Source: a virus
Virus record (IMG/VR): IMGVR_UViG_3300042464_001105
Coordinates: 24,178 to 88,177 of that record
Length of the DNA stretch: 64,000 nt
Direction: 5' to 3' (one strand)
In this document: in pieces, positions 38,101-48,115 of the stretch
Layout of the letters: the number at the start of each line of letters is the position of its first letter
Numbering within the stretch: position 1 is the first letter of the stretch
Program-made: the position numbers and the translations under genes
Notes under the pieces: model-generated
What the model was told of the DNA's origin: nothing
What the model saw: the letters and a program-made list of their open reading frames with translations, nothing else
The model's database searches: none

Positions 38101-38651
38101 CACAACTAAAGAAGTTGCTCGAAGACCCTCGCTGTTTTGCCGGAAATGGCATGAAGCAAGTCAAGACACTCCTGGATAGTCTACGCAGCCGGTTGGGAAA
38201 TTTGGCCACCGAGGCTCGAGCGGCTGCCGAGCAAGCGGTAACCTCGAAAGTCCAGAGACTCGCTTCGATCGAAGGCTACGACAAGCTATCGGATGCACAG
38301 AAGCAGCAAATCGAATCGATAGTTTATGAGACGATCGAGCAGATCAAGTCCCAACCGTTGATCGCAGTGGTGAAGGAAGCAGCGACTCGCTTTGAGACCA
38401 ACGGTTACTCCTCAATATTATCTCGCGTAACACAGTGGACCGCACCCAAGCCCCCACCGGTTCCCGATGGAGCTGGAGACACGACTCCTTCCCCTGCAAA
38501 GCCAGCGATTGAGTACGTCGCGCAAGCCAGTCTAAAAGTCGATTTCGACAAACCATGGCTTGAAACCAAGGAAGATATCGATCAATACCTAGATCATATG
38601 CGAGTAGCGATGCTGAAGGTAGTGAACGAAGGGAATCGGGTACAACTGTGA
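35148..38651 (+). CDS. brxC: BrxC P-loop ATPase
   Basis: IDRPIEGVIK, WISGFFGSGKSH, FFVDEVGQYI, VTAQE, YPFIPYQF. Confidence 0.95.
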   Translation: MQLRKIFEFPIDRPIEGVIKADDDASLRTEVEEYVITDELELRLDDFLDAYIKYENANGVWISGFFGSGKSHLLKMVAMLLAGRDFDGINVSEVFQRKCEKKNKLLAAKIAKAVAIPSESILFNIDQKADVISKKDVDALLAVFVKVFDEKCGYYGKQGYIAHFERQLDEDGLLDKFKQAFEKHAGMTWDSGRERVIRVGSSIDKAYNEVTGESVSEVINKHRDDYKLSIEDFAEQVKRYVDRKGKDFRLNFFVDEVGQYIAKNDKLLVNLQTIAESLATKCRGRAWILVTAQEEMTTVIGEMSSEQGDGFSKIQARFANRMKLTSTNVAEVIQKRLLAKTEDGVKALLPVYKTESGNFRTLFDFSEGQKYRNFQDEDHFCNCYPFIPYQFELFQLAIRGLSVHNAFEGKHSSVGERSMLGVFQEVAIQIADSTIGELATFDLMYKGISSTLKSHLLSVRAAERNLDNELAVRLLKALLLVKYVKEFKASVPNLCVLMISRFDQDLTQLRKDVEEALSLLENQIYIQRNGEYYEFLTDEEKDVEQEIKNTEVDAAEVADELHQIIFDKVLKTKKLRYDPNKRDFSFTRKLDDKIYGREHELGVHVISPFHEHSGNPEHVRMTYMGKSELTVLLPPDDRLIRDITLMKQTAKYVGINYATAKKANVKQIIGNKNESNRLLQMQIVELVKRLMGKAQMFVAGSLVESTKEDPNMRVHDGFEKLVEQTYTNLPMLRGVSFTEAQIDQCLNESADGLFGNDAATITEPETEMLGSISRNVAKGIRPTMKMLVDDFEKRPFGWPLPAIQCVLAKLVARGKVEVRCDGELLEDAALASALKNTQKHGNMVLEPQIEFGAGAVRKLKEFFSQFFDTPARSNEARALAEETAGAFQKLHGELQLLVARNREYPFLSTLSSHVDDFAKLTRKSFKHFLAEFDGDSERLLDLKEQILDPVRRFMAGPQASLYAEAKSFIDHNATNFSYLDGDEHTQLKKLLEDPRCFAGNGMKQVKTLLDSLRSRLGNLATEARAAAEQAVTSKVQRLASIEGYDKLSDAQKQQIESIVYETIEQIKSQPLIAVVKEAATRFETNGYSSILSRVTQWTAPKPPPVPDGAGDTTPSPAKPAIEYVAQASLKVDFDKPWLETKEDIDQYLDHMRVAMLKVVNEGNRVQL

Positions 38652-39847
38652 TCCAAAGTTTACAACTCGAGAACTTTTCGGTGTTCAAGAAGGCATCTAT
38701 CGAGTTCTCTCCTAAGATCAATGTGATTGTCGGCGAGAATGGAACTGGAAAAACGCACCTGCTCAAGGCTGCGTACGCGTTGAGCTCGTGGCAATCACTG
38801 TTGGATGGCGACAAGAAGTCGAAAAGCGATCTAAGTAAGTCGTTTACGGAAAAGCTTCTTCGAGTGTTTTTCCCAGGCGAGCAACACCTAAGGGAACTTG
38901 TCCATCGGCAGTCTCAAGAGTCAGCATTACTAGACATTGCATTTGCAGATGGACAGAAAAATAAGTGTAGCTTTAAGCCTCGCGCTAAGAGCGTTTTACT
39001 GGAGACACAACAAACGAAGCTGGCGCCGTGTAATAATCCTATTTTCTTCCCTGCCAAAGAGGTGTTGTCGTTCTTGCCCGGCATCGTCGCCGTTGGTTTG
39101 GATAATCTGGCCGTACTGAGCTTATTCGATGACTCTTATCTGGATCTTTGCGATGAGCTTCTGCGGCGAGACGTAAAGGTTGATGTCGACCGAGATCCAC
39201 GCATTGGTACGTTATTGCCGGGAATCACGAATGCCATACGTGGTAGGTATGAAATAAAGGAAAGTCACCTCAGATTCATTCCGGGGACCTATCAAGAGAC
39301 TGCTGGAAAGCGTAGCAGACAAGTCGCGAAGATCGCCCAAAAAGAGCTTTCGGACGGCGAGTCTCCTTCGTTGCCGCAGGTCGCTGACGATGTTGATACC
39401 GTCTTTGTGCCCGTTAAGGACGGCGAGCAGCCTGGACATATCACGGCAGAAGGCTTCAAAAAGCTTGGTGTTCTTCAGCAGCTTCTAGCCAACGGATCTC
39501 TTTCGCCCGGCAATTCAGGAACATTGTTTTGGGACGAGCCAGAGTCCAATGTAAATCCCACGCTAATGCGATTGATCGTGGAAGTGATGCTCAATATGTC
39601 ACGCAACGGCCAACAAATCGTGCTGGCAACGCATGACTACGTTTTGCTTAAGTGGTTCGACCTCCTGGAAGACGCCAAGCACAACGATGACGTTCGATTT
39701 CATGCGCTGTATCGCAATGAAGAAACTGGCGAAGTTTGTGTTGAAACTGCAAATGAGTATCGACTTCTTAATCAGAACGCGATTTCGGATTCTTTCGCTG
39801 AGCTTTACGACGAAGAGGTGCGTCGAGCACTCGGGGGAAGTAAATAA
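38648..39847 (+). CDS. ABC-type (AAA_21-like) ATPase nested in BREX
   Basis: GENGTGKT, AEGFKKL, LFWDEPESN, ATHD. Confidence 0.85.
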   Translation: MIQSLQLENFSVFKKASIEFSPKINVIVGENGTGKTHLLKAAYALSSWQSLLDGDKKSKSDLSKSFTEKLLRVFFPGEQHLRELVHRQSQESALLDIAFADGQKNKCSFKPRAKSVLLETQQTKLAPCNNPIFFPAKEVLSFLPGIVAVGLDNLAVLSLFDDSYLDLCDELLRRDVKVDVDRDPRIGTLLPGITNAIRGRYEIKESHLRFIPGTYQETAGKRSRQVAKIAQKELSDGESPSLPQVADDVDTVFVPVKDGEQPGHITAEGFKKLGVLQQLLANGSLSPGNSGTLFWDEPESNVNPTLMRLIVEVMLNMSRNGQQIVLATHDYVLLKWFDLLEDAKHNDDVRFHALYRNEETGEVCVETANEYRLLNQNAISDSFAELYDEEVRRALGGSK

Positions 39848-40395
39848 TGTTAGGCAATATATACAAAGAAAAGGAGTTGTTATTCACGTTTGCTGAAGGT
39901 ACTTCGTGGCGAGTTTTAGATCGGCAGGGAGTACGGCTTCCAGTCGGAATGGCGCTTGTTGATTTCGTAATCGAAAGAACCGACCACATTCTTTTTGTTG
40001 AAATAAAGGATCCCTCGCACAGCCAAATGCTTGATGGCGAGAGACTGGACTACGCACGAAGATTGAGCAATGGTTCGGTTTTAAATGAGGAGTTGACTCC
40101 CAAGGCTCGCGATTCCTACGCCCATGAACATCTTATGGGAAGAGACAACAAGCCAATTGTATATGTCGTCGTTATCGGGCTGGAAGCACTTTCGCACAAT
40201 ATCCAACTAGGGATTCTCAATAACTTCAGCGATAAACTTTACAACAGCTTGCGGAATGAGGGAGAGTTGCCTTGGGTGCGAGAGCACATTCAACAATGCA
40301 TAGTGCTACCCATCGAAAAGTGGAATGAAAGGTATCCGGAGTACAGAATCCAGCGAGTTCCCAAAGTTACCGGTCGCGTTCGAAAGCAAAAGTGA
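39847..40395 (+). CDS. Putative PD-(D/E)xK nuclease partnered with the ATPase
   Basis: VDFVIE...FVEIKD, KARDS; TAATG coupling. Confidence 0.6.
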   Translation: MLGNIYKEKELLFTFAEGTSWRVLDRQGVRLPVGMALVDFVIERTDHILFVEIKDPSHSQMLDGERLDYARRLSNGSVLNEELTPKARDSYAHEHLMGRDNKPIVYVVVIGLEALSHNIQLGILNNFSDKLYNSLRNEGELPWVREHIQQCIVLPIEKWNERYPEYRIQRVPKVTGRVRKQK

Positions 40396-40399
40396 TTCA

Positions 40400-43300
40400 A
40401 TGGATACTAGCAAGCTACGGAAATTCGCATCGTTCGCCAGGTCGGCGCTCATTGAGCAAGTGGGGACTCGTTTGAGGACAGTGCTGGCTGAGAAGAGCAT
40501 CGCACGTCGAGAGAGTCCGAAGGTCGTTGAGGATCTCGAAAAGAGGATCAAAGATCTTGGCGAGAAGCGAGTGCTTGAGACGGTTGCCTACACATGGTTC
40601 AACCGCTTCTGCGCGCTGCGGTACATGGATGTGAATCGCTACACTCGCATTGGTATCTTGTCACCAGCCGATGGTCAGTTTCAGCCAGAGATCCTCGCAG
40701 AAGCCAAGATGGGGCATATCGATGAAGAGTTGGTGCCAGAGGCAACTCGCAAGCAAGTTAAGCGATTGCTGGATGGTTCCGACAAGAGCGCAGATCCGCA
40801 GGGGGAAGCCTATCGATTGCTGCTAGTGGCGGTCTGCAACTACTACCACTCGCTGATGCCGTTCATGTTCGAGAAGATCGCTGACTATACGGAATTATTG
40901 TTACCGGACGATTTGCTCTCAGGAACATCGCTTCCCGCCTATACCCGGGAAGCATTGCTTCCGATCAATTCCCTGCCGCAGTACATAGAAGATTTTAAGG
41001 AATCAGTGGAAGTAATCGGTTGGCTCTACCAGTTCTACGTCGCCGACAAGAAAGACGAGGTATTCGACGGGCTCAAGAAGGGAGCGAAGATTACGCCCGA
41101 GAATATTCCTGCAGCAACTCAGCTGTTCACTCCTCACTGGATCGTTCGGTATTTGTTAGAGAATTCGCTTGGACGTTTGTGGATGCTCAATCATCCCGAT
41201 TCAAAACTCGTCGAGCGGATGGAATACTACATCAAGCCCGAAGAACCTGGGACTGATTTTCTGAAGATCTCCAGCCCTGAAGAAATAAAGGTCTGCGATC
41301 CAGCGTGCGGTAGCGGTCACATGCTGACGTACGCATTCGATCTGCTCTACGAGATCTATCGCGAGGAACAGTACCCAGAAGCCGAGATTCCGACACTCAT
41401 CCTTCGCAACAACCTCTACGGCATCGAGATCGATCCCCGCGCAGGTGCGTTGGCCGCCTTTGCCTTGACGATGAAGGCCCGCGAGAGGGACAAACGCTTC
41501 TTCACTCGCAGCCCACGGTCCGACAATTCTGCAAGGGACTCTTCCTCATTCGAGAATCCAAAATCGAAAATCCAAGATCCGAACATTTGTGTTCTCGAAA
41601 ACATCAAGATTGATTCCGATGACTTGTCCGCGTATATGGACAAAGTTGGTCGTGACCTATTCACAAAAGGGCTGCAAGCGGTTGTGAATCAATGGGAGGA
41701 AGCGGACAATTTTGGTTCGCTGATCCGTCCACTGTCGAGAGACATGGGCGAAGTGATGCATCTGCTGCGCGAGCGACACGTGGGCCCAGATTTGTTTCTT
41801 GCAAAAGTTCACCAACAAGTGATGACTGCGCTCCGTCAGGCCGAATATTTGACGTCCAGGTACCACGTCGTTATTGCAAACCCGCCATATATGGGCGGAA
41901 GTGGAATGAATGCACAGATGAAGGATTTCGTAAAGAAGCACTTTCCATCTGCAAAGCCCGACCTAATGACATGCTTCATGCAAAGAGCGAGCGAAATCTC
42001 CCTCGAAAATGCTGTGTGGGGAATGATAAACCTTCCCTCCTGGATGTACTTGTCAAGCTTCGAAGAATTTCGCACGGATTTGGTAGCCAGAAATCAGATA
42101 AGCTCACTCCTACACCTTGGTCGGGGAATTTTTGGTTCAGATTTCGGATCTGTCGCTTTCGTTTTTATTAATCGTTTACCCGACATAAGATGCTTTGGGT
42201 ACTACCGGCGACTTTTTGAACGCCATGTCGAAGTGAGAAAGGCCGAAGAGATCAGCGAACTTTTCTTAGATAAGAGCTACAACTCATTTCGCTATCGTCA
42301 GTCAGATTTTGGATTGGTTCCCGGCACGCCAATCGCATACTGGATTTCCCAAGGCATTCGTGACTCCTTCACTAACAATCCAAAGCTCGGTGAGTTGTAT
42401 CAACCCAACGCTGGGCTCCAAACCGGAGAAAACGCTCGATTTATTAGAGAGTGGTTTGAGATTAGCCAATCGAAACTATCACACTTTGGAGGCAAAAAGT
42501 TCTATCCGTACAATAAAGCTGGCGGATACCGCAAATGGTACGGTTTTCAGTCATCTGTTGTAAATTACGAGAACAACGGGCAAGAATTGAAGGATACCGG
42601 CAAAGCCGTTTTTCGCAATTCGGAGTCGTACTTCCAGCCATCTGTAAGCTGGGGATTGGTAACCTCTGGTGAGTTTGGCGTGCGTCGATACCCTAAAGGC
42701 TTCATCTTTGATAATGGTGCCCCATCAATAATTGCGGGAGCCGACAACGATTTTGTTTGTGGACTGTTGAATTCAATTTGTAGTAGAGAGTTCCTCAAAT
42801 TCATTAATCCGACTTTAAATTTTCAGGTCGGAAACATTTCATGCCTTCCTGTTAATTCAAGTGTAAAGTCTGCTGTTTCAACAATAGTCGGCCAACTCGT
42901 AGACATCGCAAAACGCGATTGGGATGCGTCTGAGACTTCTTGGGATTTCAAATGCAGCCCCATACTTACAGACGAACAAAGAGCGTCGACGCTTGAGGCG
43001 GCTTTCCGTTCCTTCCAAGAAGCTAGTCATAAGACAATTCGAAATACTCAAGAGTTAGAATTAACCAACAACAAGCTGTTTGTTGATGCTTTTGAACTTC
43101 AATCCGAGTTTGGCGATTTGATATGTCCACCACTTAAGCAAATCACTTTAGCGTGCAACCCTCACTATCAGTACGAGGAAGGTAAGGACGATTCAGAACT
43201 TGAAGAGCTTTTTCTTGCCGACACGATGCGTCAGTTTGTCAGCTATGCAGTGGGTTGTATGTTCGGACGTTACTCGTTGGAAAAACAAGGACTGATCCTT

Positions 43301-43978
43301 GCCAATCAAGGAGAATCCGCCGCCGACTACCGCAAGCAAATTTTTGAGCCGTTGTTTGCTCCAGACGAAGACAACGTTATCCCCATTCTCGAAGGCGAAT
43401 GGTTCTCCGATGACATCAGCCAGCGGTTCAAAGAATTCTTGAAGATCACCTTTGGTGCAGAGAATTATAGCGAGAACCTCAAGTTCTTGGAGAATTCACT
43501 CTACCCGGAAAATCCGACAGCGAAGAAGCAAAAGTCAATCCGCGATTACTTTTTGAAGGATTTCTACGATTATCACCTCAAGATGTACAAGAAGCGGCCG
43601 ATCTACTGGCTCTTCAGTAGTCCCAAGGGAACATTCAACGCGCTTATCTACATGCACCGCTATCGCCCCGAAACGGTCGGTAAGGTTCTCGAATGCTTGC
43701 GAGATTTTCGCGAAAAACTTACACACCACTCTGAGCAGCGCCAAGGGATAGCTGACAGTGCTAGTGAATCTAAAGCTGAAAAGACCACGGCAGTTAAGGA
43801 TGTTGCTGTCATAAAGAAGCAGCTCAAAGAACTCGAAGAGTACGAGAAGAGCCTCTTTGAAGTCGCGAGCCGAATGCGCAACGTCGACATCGACCTCGAC
43901 AACGGTGTAAAGCATAACTATCTCCTCTTCGGTCCAGTTCTCCGCAAGATCACCGGTCTGGCTGACAAAGTCGATTAG
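40400..43978 (+). CDS. pglX: PglX (BrxX) adenine methyltransferase, copy 1
   Basis: AYTWFNR, PAATQLFTPHWIV, DPACGSGH, NPPY, YKKRPIYW, DLDNGVK. Confidence 0.95.
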   Translation: MDTSKLRKFASFARSALIEQVGTRLRTVLAEKSIARRESPKVVEDLEKRIKDLGEKRVLETVAYTWFNRFCALRYMDVNRYTRIGILSPADGQFQPEILAEAKMGHIDEELVPEATRKQVKRLLDGSDKSADPQGEAYRLLLVAVCNYYHSLMPFMFEKIADYTELLLPDDLLSGTSLPAYTREALLPINSLPQYIEDFKESVEVIGWLYQFYVADKKDEVFDGLKKGAKITPENIPAATQLFTPHWIVRYLLENSLGRLWMLNHPDSKLVERMEYYIKPEEPGTDFLKISSPEEIKVCDPACGSGHMLTYAFDLLYEIYREEQYPEAEIPTLILRNNLYGIEIDPRAGALAAFALTMKARERDKRFFTRSPRSDNSARDSSSFENPKSKIQDPNICVLENIKIDSDDLSAYMDKVGRDLFTKGLQAVVNQWEEADNFGSLIRPLSRDMGEVMHLLRERHVGPDLFLAKVHQQVMTALRQAEYLTSRYHVVIANPPYMGGSGMNAQMKDFVKKHFPSAKPDLMTCFMQRASEISLENAVWGMINLPSWMYLSSFEEFRTDLVARNQISSLLHLGRGIFGSDFGSVAFVFINRLPDIRCFGYYRRLFERHVEVRKAEEISELFLDKSYNSFRYRQSDFGLVPGTPIAYWISQGIRDSFTNNPKLGELYQPNAGLQTGENARFIREWFEISQSKLSHFGGKKFYPYNKAGGYRKWYGFQSSVVNYENNGQELKDTGKAVFRNSESYFQPSVSWGLVTSGEFGVRRYPKGFIFDNGAPSIIAGADNDFVCGLLNSICSREFLKFINPTLNFQVGNISCLPVNSSVKSAVSTIVGQLVDIAKRDWDASETSWDFKCSPILTDEQRASTLEAAFRSFQEASHKTIRNTQELELTNNKLFVDAFELQSEFGDLICPPLKQITLACNPHYQYEEGKDDSELEELFLADTMRQFVSYAVGCMFGRYSLEKQGLILANQGESAADYRKQIFEPLFAPDEDNVIPILEGEWFSDDISQRFKEFLKITFGAENYSENLKFLENSLYPENPTAKKQKSIRDYFLKDFYDYHLKMYKKRPIYWLFSSPKGTFNALIYMHRYRPETVGKVLECLRDFREKLTHHSEQRQGIADSASESKAEKTTAVKDVAVIKKQLKELEEYEKSLFEVASRMRNVDIDLDNGVKHNYLLFGPVLRKITGLADKVD

Positions 43979-44036
43979 GTAGGTTTTGAATTTAAGAGTA
44001 TCGAATGCAAACACGAACTGAAAACCGAAGTACCTA

Positions 44037-47000
44037 ATGGAAACTAGCAAACTTCGAAAATTCGCATCCTTAACCAGAACAGCGCTCATTGAGCAGGTGA
44101 GTATGCGTTTAACGACCGTTTTGGCGGAGGGTAGTCTGGCGAGACGCGAGAGTCCGAAGGTCATTGAAGAACTTGAAAGGAAGATTAAGGAACTCGGCTC
44201 GAGTGAAGCTGGCAAGAAACGTCTTATTGAGATGGTCGCATATACATGGTTCAATCGTTTCTGCGCACTCCGGTACATGGATGTAAATCGCTACACTCGA
44301 ATTGGTGTCCTGTCGCCAGCCGATGGCCAGTTCCAACCGGAGATCCTCGCAGAAGCCAAAATGGGGCATATCGATGAAGAGTTGGTGACAGAGACGACCC
44401 GCAAACAAGTTATGCGATTGCTAGATGGTTCAGACAAGAGCGCAGATCCGCAGGGCGAAGCCTATCGATTGCTGCTAGTAGCAGTTTGCAACTACTACCA
44501 CGCACTGATGCCGTTCATGTTCGAGAAGATTGCGGACTACACGGAACTATTACTACCGGATGATCTGCTGTCCGGCACGTCGATTCCAGCATACACCCGC
44601 GAGTTATTGCTGCCGAACAACTGCTCGCCCGAACATACCGAGGAGTCGGTGGAAGTGATCGGTTGGCTCTACCAGTTCTATATTGCCGACAAGAAGGACG
44701 AAGTCTTTGAGGGACTGAAGAAGGGCAAAAAGATCACTGAGGAGAACATTCCGGCAGCAACTCAATTGTTCACGCCACACTGGATCGTGCGCTATCTGGT
44801 TGAGAACTCGCTCGGTCGCTTGTGGATGCTGAACCATCCCGCATCGAAGCTCGTAGAGCGGATGGACTACTACATCAAACCCGAGGAACCCGAATCCGAT
44901 TTCTTAACGATCGGGAGTCCAGAGGAGATTAAGGTCTGTGATCCGGCTTGCGGCAGTGGTCACATGCTGACATACGCGTTTGATCTGCTGTATGAAATCT
45001 ATCGCGAAGAACAGTACCCCGAGCCCGAGATCCCGACGCTCATCCTGAAGAACAATCTCTATGGCATTGAGATCGACCAACGAGCTGGCGCTCTGGCCGC
45101 CTTTGCGCTCACGATGAAGGCTCGCGAGAAGGACAAACGCTTCTTCACACGAAAAGAGTTAGCTGACCCGTCAGGAAGGGATTTGTCTTCAATCCAAAAT
45201 CCAAAATCCAAAATCCAAAATCCGAACATCTGCGTGCTGGAGAACATACAGATCGACCCCGAAGACCTGTCGGCTTACATGGACAAGGTCGGTCATGACG
45301 TGTTCAGCGGCGGCTTGCAAGGAGTCGTTAATCAGTGGAAGGAAGCGGATAACTTTGGTTCACTGATCCGTCCACTAGTGACGGACGTGAGCGAAGTGCT
45401 GAAGTTACTTAGCGAGCGTCAGATGGGCGAAGACCTGTTCCTTGCAAGCGTTCACCAGAAAGTGCTCAAGGCGCTGCGGCAGGCCGAATATCTGAGTCCC
45501 AAGTATCACGTCGTCGTCGCAAACCCGCCCTATATGAGCCACAAAGGAATGAACGTCGACCTACGGGGTTTCGCTGTAAGTGAGTTTCCGCAAACAAAGG
45601 CCGACCTTTTTGCAATGTTCGTCGAGCGAATTATCGACCAGACAATTGATCGCGGTTTCGTTGGTCTAATGACGCCGTTTACTTGGATGTTTTTGTCATC
45701 GTACACCGCATTGCGCCAAACGCTTCTTGAGGATTGTACTATCACGTCTTTGGTTCGCCCCGAATATCACGCCTTCTTTGATTCTGCATTCGTACCGGTA
45801 TGTGCATTCACGTTCCGTAAGGTCCAATGGGCGAACTACGAGGGCGTGTTCATTGACCTGCAAGCATTCTATGGATCAAACATTCAAGCCAGCAGAGCTC
45901 GCGAGGCCATACACGACGCAAGTTGTAGCTGGAGATTCTCAGCGTCGTCGGAAGAGTTTCAAAAAGTGCCCGGCAAGCCAATTGCGTTTACCATTTCCCC
46001 GGAGTTCCGGGAAGTTTTTTCACGCGGCACGCCGCTTCATGAATTGTCTGAGCCAAAGAGTGGACTCAATACAACCGACAATCAAACGTTTTTAAGGCAA
46101 TGGTACGAGGTCGGCTACCAGAGAGTCGGATTCGGTTTTGAAAATGTTGGCCCAACGCAGATAGCGAAATATCGATGGTACCCATTCTGCAAAGGAGGCG
46201 ATTTCCGCAGATGGTATGGAAATATCGAGTATGTGGTAAATTGGGAGCAGAATGGCCGCGACATTCGAAATGCGACGAAAGGTGCTGCTGGAGGACGAAT
46301 CGTAAGCCCGGAATACTACTTTCGGCAAGGCATAACGTGGTCGGGCATTTCAAGCGGTAAGCCTTCAATGAGAGTAATGAGAAATGCGATTTTCGGCAGT
46401 GGCGGAAAGGGCCTCTTCTCAGACCAATATCAAGACTTTTTTCTGGCGTTGTTGAATTCTCACTTTGTTGCCCGATGCCTTCAGGTGTTGAGCCCCACAC
46501 TCAACTACGAAACAGGCCACGTCGGTAACATTCCAGTGATGATTCCAGAATCAAGCGTGCTGGATTTGGTTGGTGATTTGGTCAACGATGTGGTTGAAGT
46601 CGCTCGCAAGGACTGGGATTCTCGCGAACTGTCGATTGACTTCACTTCCAGCGAACTTGTCGGTCCATTGTGCAGCCCCATTCGGTTGGAAGACCGATAT
46701 GCGAAACAACGCTCAAGATGGCAAGATCAGACGCAGCTTGTCGCAAATCTTGAGAGGCAACTCAACAAAACGGTGAACGAGTTGTATTCGCTTTCAAATG
46801 AATTACCAAGTTCGCCCGCAGTCGCCGAAATCTCCCTTAACTGCAACCCTCAATACCGCTACGACGACGACAAGAGCGAATCGGAACTGGAAGCCCTTCT
46901 TCTTGCGGACACAATGCGAGAGTTCATCGGCTACGCGGTGGGCTGCATGTTGGGGCGCTACTCGTTGGACAAACCGGGACTGATCCTTGCCAATCAAGGC

Positions 47001-47663
47001 GAAACGGCCGACGACTATCGCCTACAGATTCCCGAGCCGACCTTCGCGTGCGATGAAGACAACGTCATTCCGCTTCTCGATGGAAATTGGTTCGAGGACG
47101 ACATCACTGAAAGATTGAAGACATTTCTCAAAGTCACCTTCGGTACCGAGCACTACGAAGAGAACCTAAAGTTCCTCGAAGATGCCGTCTATCCCGACAA
47201 CCTGACGGTCAAAAAGCGGAAGACTATCCGCGACTACTTCCTCAAAGACTTCTACAGTCACCACATTAAGCTCTACAAGAAACGGCCTATCTACTGGCTC
47301 TTCAGCAGCCCCAAAGGCACCTTCAACGCCCTGATCTACATGCACCGCTACCGCCCCGACACGGTCGGTACGGTACTGCACTACTTACGAGATTTTCGTG
47401 ACAAGCTGACTCATCACGCCGAGCATCAACAGATGCTGGCCGACAGCGCGAGCGCCTCCAAGTCCGAGAAGACGCAAGCCATCAAAGATGTTGCCGCCAT
47501 CAAGAAGCAACTCAAAGAACTAGAAGACTACGAGAAGCCCCTCTTCGAAGTCGCTGCCCGCAAGATCGACATCGACCTCGACGACGGAGTCAAGCACAAC
47601 TACCTACTCTTCGGCTCAGTCCTCCGCAAGATCCCAGGCCTGGATGCAAAGGAAGAAGAGTGA
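44037..47663 (+). CDS. pglX: PglX (BrxX) adenine methyltransferase, copy 2
   Basis: All of the same motifs intact; different central target-recognition region. Confidence 0.95.
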   Translation: METSKLRKFASLTRTALIEQVSMRLTTVLAEGSLARRESPKVIEELERKIKELGSSEAGKKRLIEMVAYTWFNRFCALRYMDVNRYTRIGVLSPADGQFQPEILAEAKMGHIDEELVTETTRKQVMRLLDGSDKSADPQGEAYRLLLVAVCNYYHALMPFMFEKIADYTELLLPDDLLSGTSIPAYTRELLLPNNCSPEHTEESVEVIGWLYQFYIADKKDEVFEGLKKGKKITEENIPAATQLFTPHWIVRYLVENSLGRLWMLNHPASKLVERMDYYIKPEEPESDFLTIGSPEEIKVCDPACGSGHMLTYAFDLLYEIYREEQYPEPEIPTLILKNNLYGIEIDQRAGALAAFALTMKAREKDKRFFTRKELADPSGRDLSSIQNPKSKIQNPNICVLENIQIDPEDLSAYMDKVGHDVFSGGLQGVVNQWKEADNFGSLIRPLVTDVSEVLKLLSERQMGEDLFLASVHQKVLKALRQAEYLSPKYHVVVANPPYMSHKGMNVDLRGFAVSEFPQTKADLFAMFVERIIDQTIDRGFVGLMTPFTWMFLSSYTALRQTLLEDCTITSLVRPEYHAFFDSAFVPVCAFTFRKVQWANYEGVFIDLQAFYGSNIQASRAREAIHDASCSWRFSASSEEFQKVPGKPIAFTISPEFREVFSRGTPLHELSEPKSGLNTTDNQTFLRQWYEVGYQRVGFGFENVGPTQIAKYRWYPFCKGGDFRRWYGNIEYVVNWEQNGRDIRNATKGAAGGRIVSPEYYFRQGITWSGISSGKPSMRVMRNAIFGSGGKGLFSDQYQDFFLALLNSHFVARCLQVLSPTLNYETGHVGNIPVMIPESSVLDLVGDLVNDVVEVARKDWDSRELSIDFTSSELVGPLCSPIRLEDRYAKQRSRWQDQTQLVANLERQLNKTVNELYSLSNELPSSPAVAEISLNCNPQYRYDDDKSESELEALLLADTMREFIGYAVGCMLGRYSLDKPGLILANQGETADDYRLQIPEPTFACDEDNVIPLLDGNWFEDDITERLKTFLKVTFGTEHYEENLKFLEDAVYPDNLTVKKRKTIRDYFLKDFYSHHIKLYKKRPIYWLFSSPKGTFNALIYMHRYRPDTVGTVLHYLRDFRDKLTHHAEHQQMLADSASASKSEKTQAIKDVAAIKKQLKELEDYEKPLFEVAARKIDIDLDDGVKHNYLLFGSVLRKIPGLDAKEEE

Positions 47664-47674
47664 TTTTGGATTCT

Positions 47675-48114
47675 CGATTTTCGATTTTGGATTGAAAAAA
47701 TGGATGAGGTTGCAGACACTGATACGGCTGATGGTGAGCGATGGCGTCGATGCTATGAGCGACTCCAGGAGATTCGTGCTTACGAATTCGATTGGAACGA
47801 TGAGGGTGCAAATCCACCGGGGCTCGAAGTAACGGGGCTAGCGGAAGCGGTTTTGCTCAATCTTCAAACAAACAACCAGCGACCGCCGGATTCTTTTTTT
47901 GCAACAGACGAAGGTCATGTCATCCTTAGCTGGGAAAAGGAACGACACTACTTTGAGATAGAAGTTGATGCCAAGCTCCAGTGCACGGGGCGTTCGATTC
48001 CACCCGGTGCGTCGCGAGCCGAGTCCTATAAAATCCACCAGTCCGACTTTGCCCGAATCAGCACACCATTTTCCCATCAGATCTAGCGCGCCGCCAATCC
48101 AAAATCGAAAATCG
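47675..48114. repeat. Perfect 20-bp inverted repeat of heptamer units enclosing a small gene
   Basis: cgattttcgattttggattg (47675-47694) and caatccaaaatcgaaaatcg (48095-48114); more heptamers at 47662-47674 and 48126-48154. Confidence 0.9.
47700..48086 (+). CDS. Hypothetical protein (DWxxEGAxPP motif)
   Basis: 128-aa ORF filling the interval between the inverted repeats. Confidence 0.65.
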   Translation: MDEVADTDTADGERWRRCYERLQEIRAYEFDWNDEGANPPGLEVTGLAEAVLLNLQTNNQRPPDSFFATDEGHVILSWEKERHYFEIEVDAKLQCTGRSIPPGASRAESYKIHQSDFARISTPFSHQI

Positions 48115-48115
48115 C

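Noticed and set aside
43535-44278. 247-aa minus-strand ORF across the pglX1/pglX2 junction
   Set aside because: Lies antisense to two well-supported genes, has no motifs and connects no minus-strand genes.
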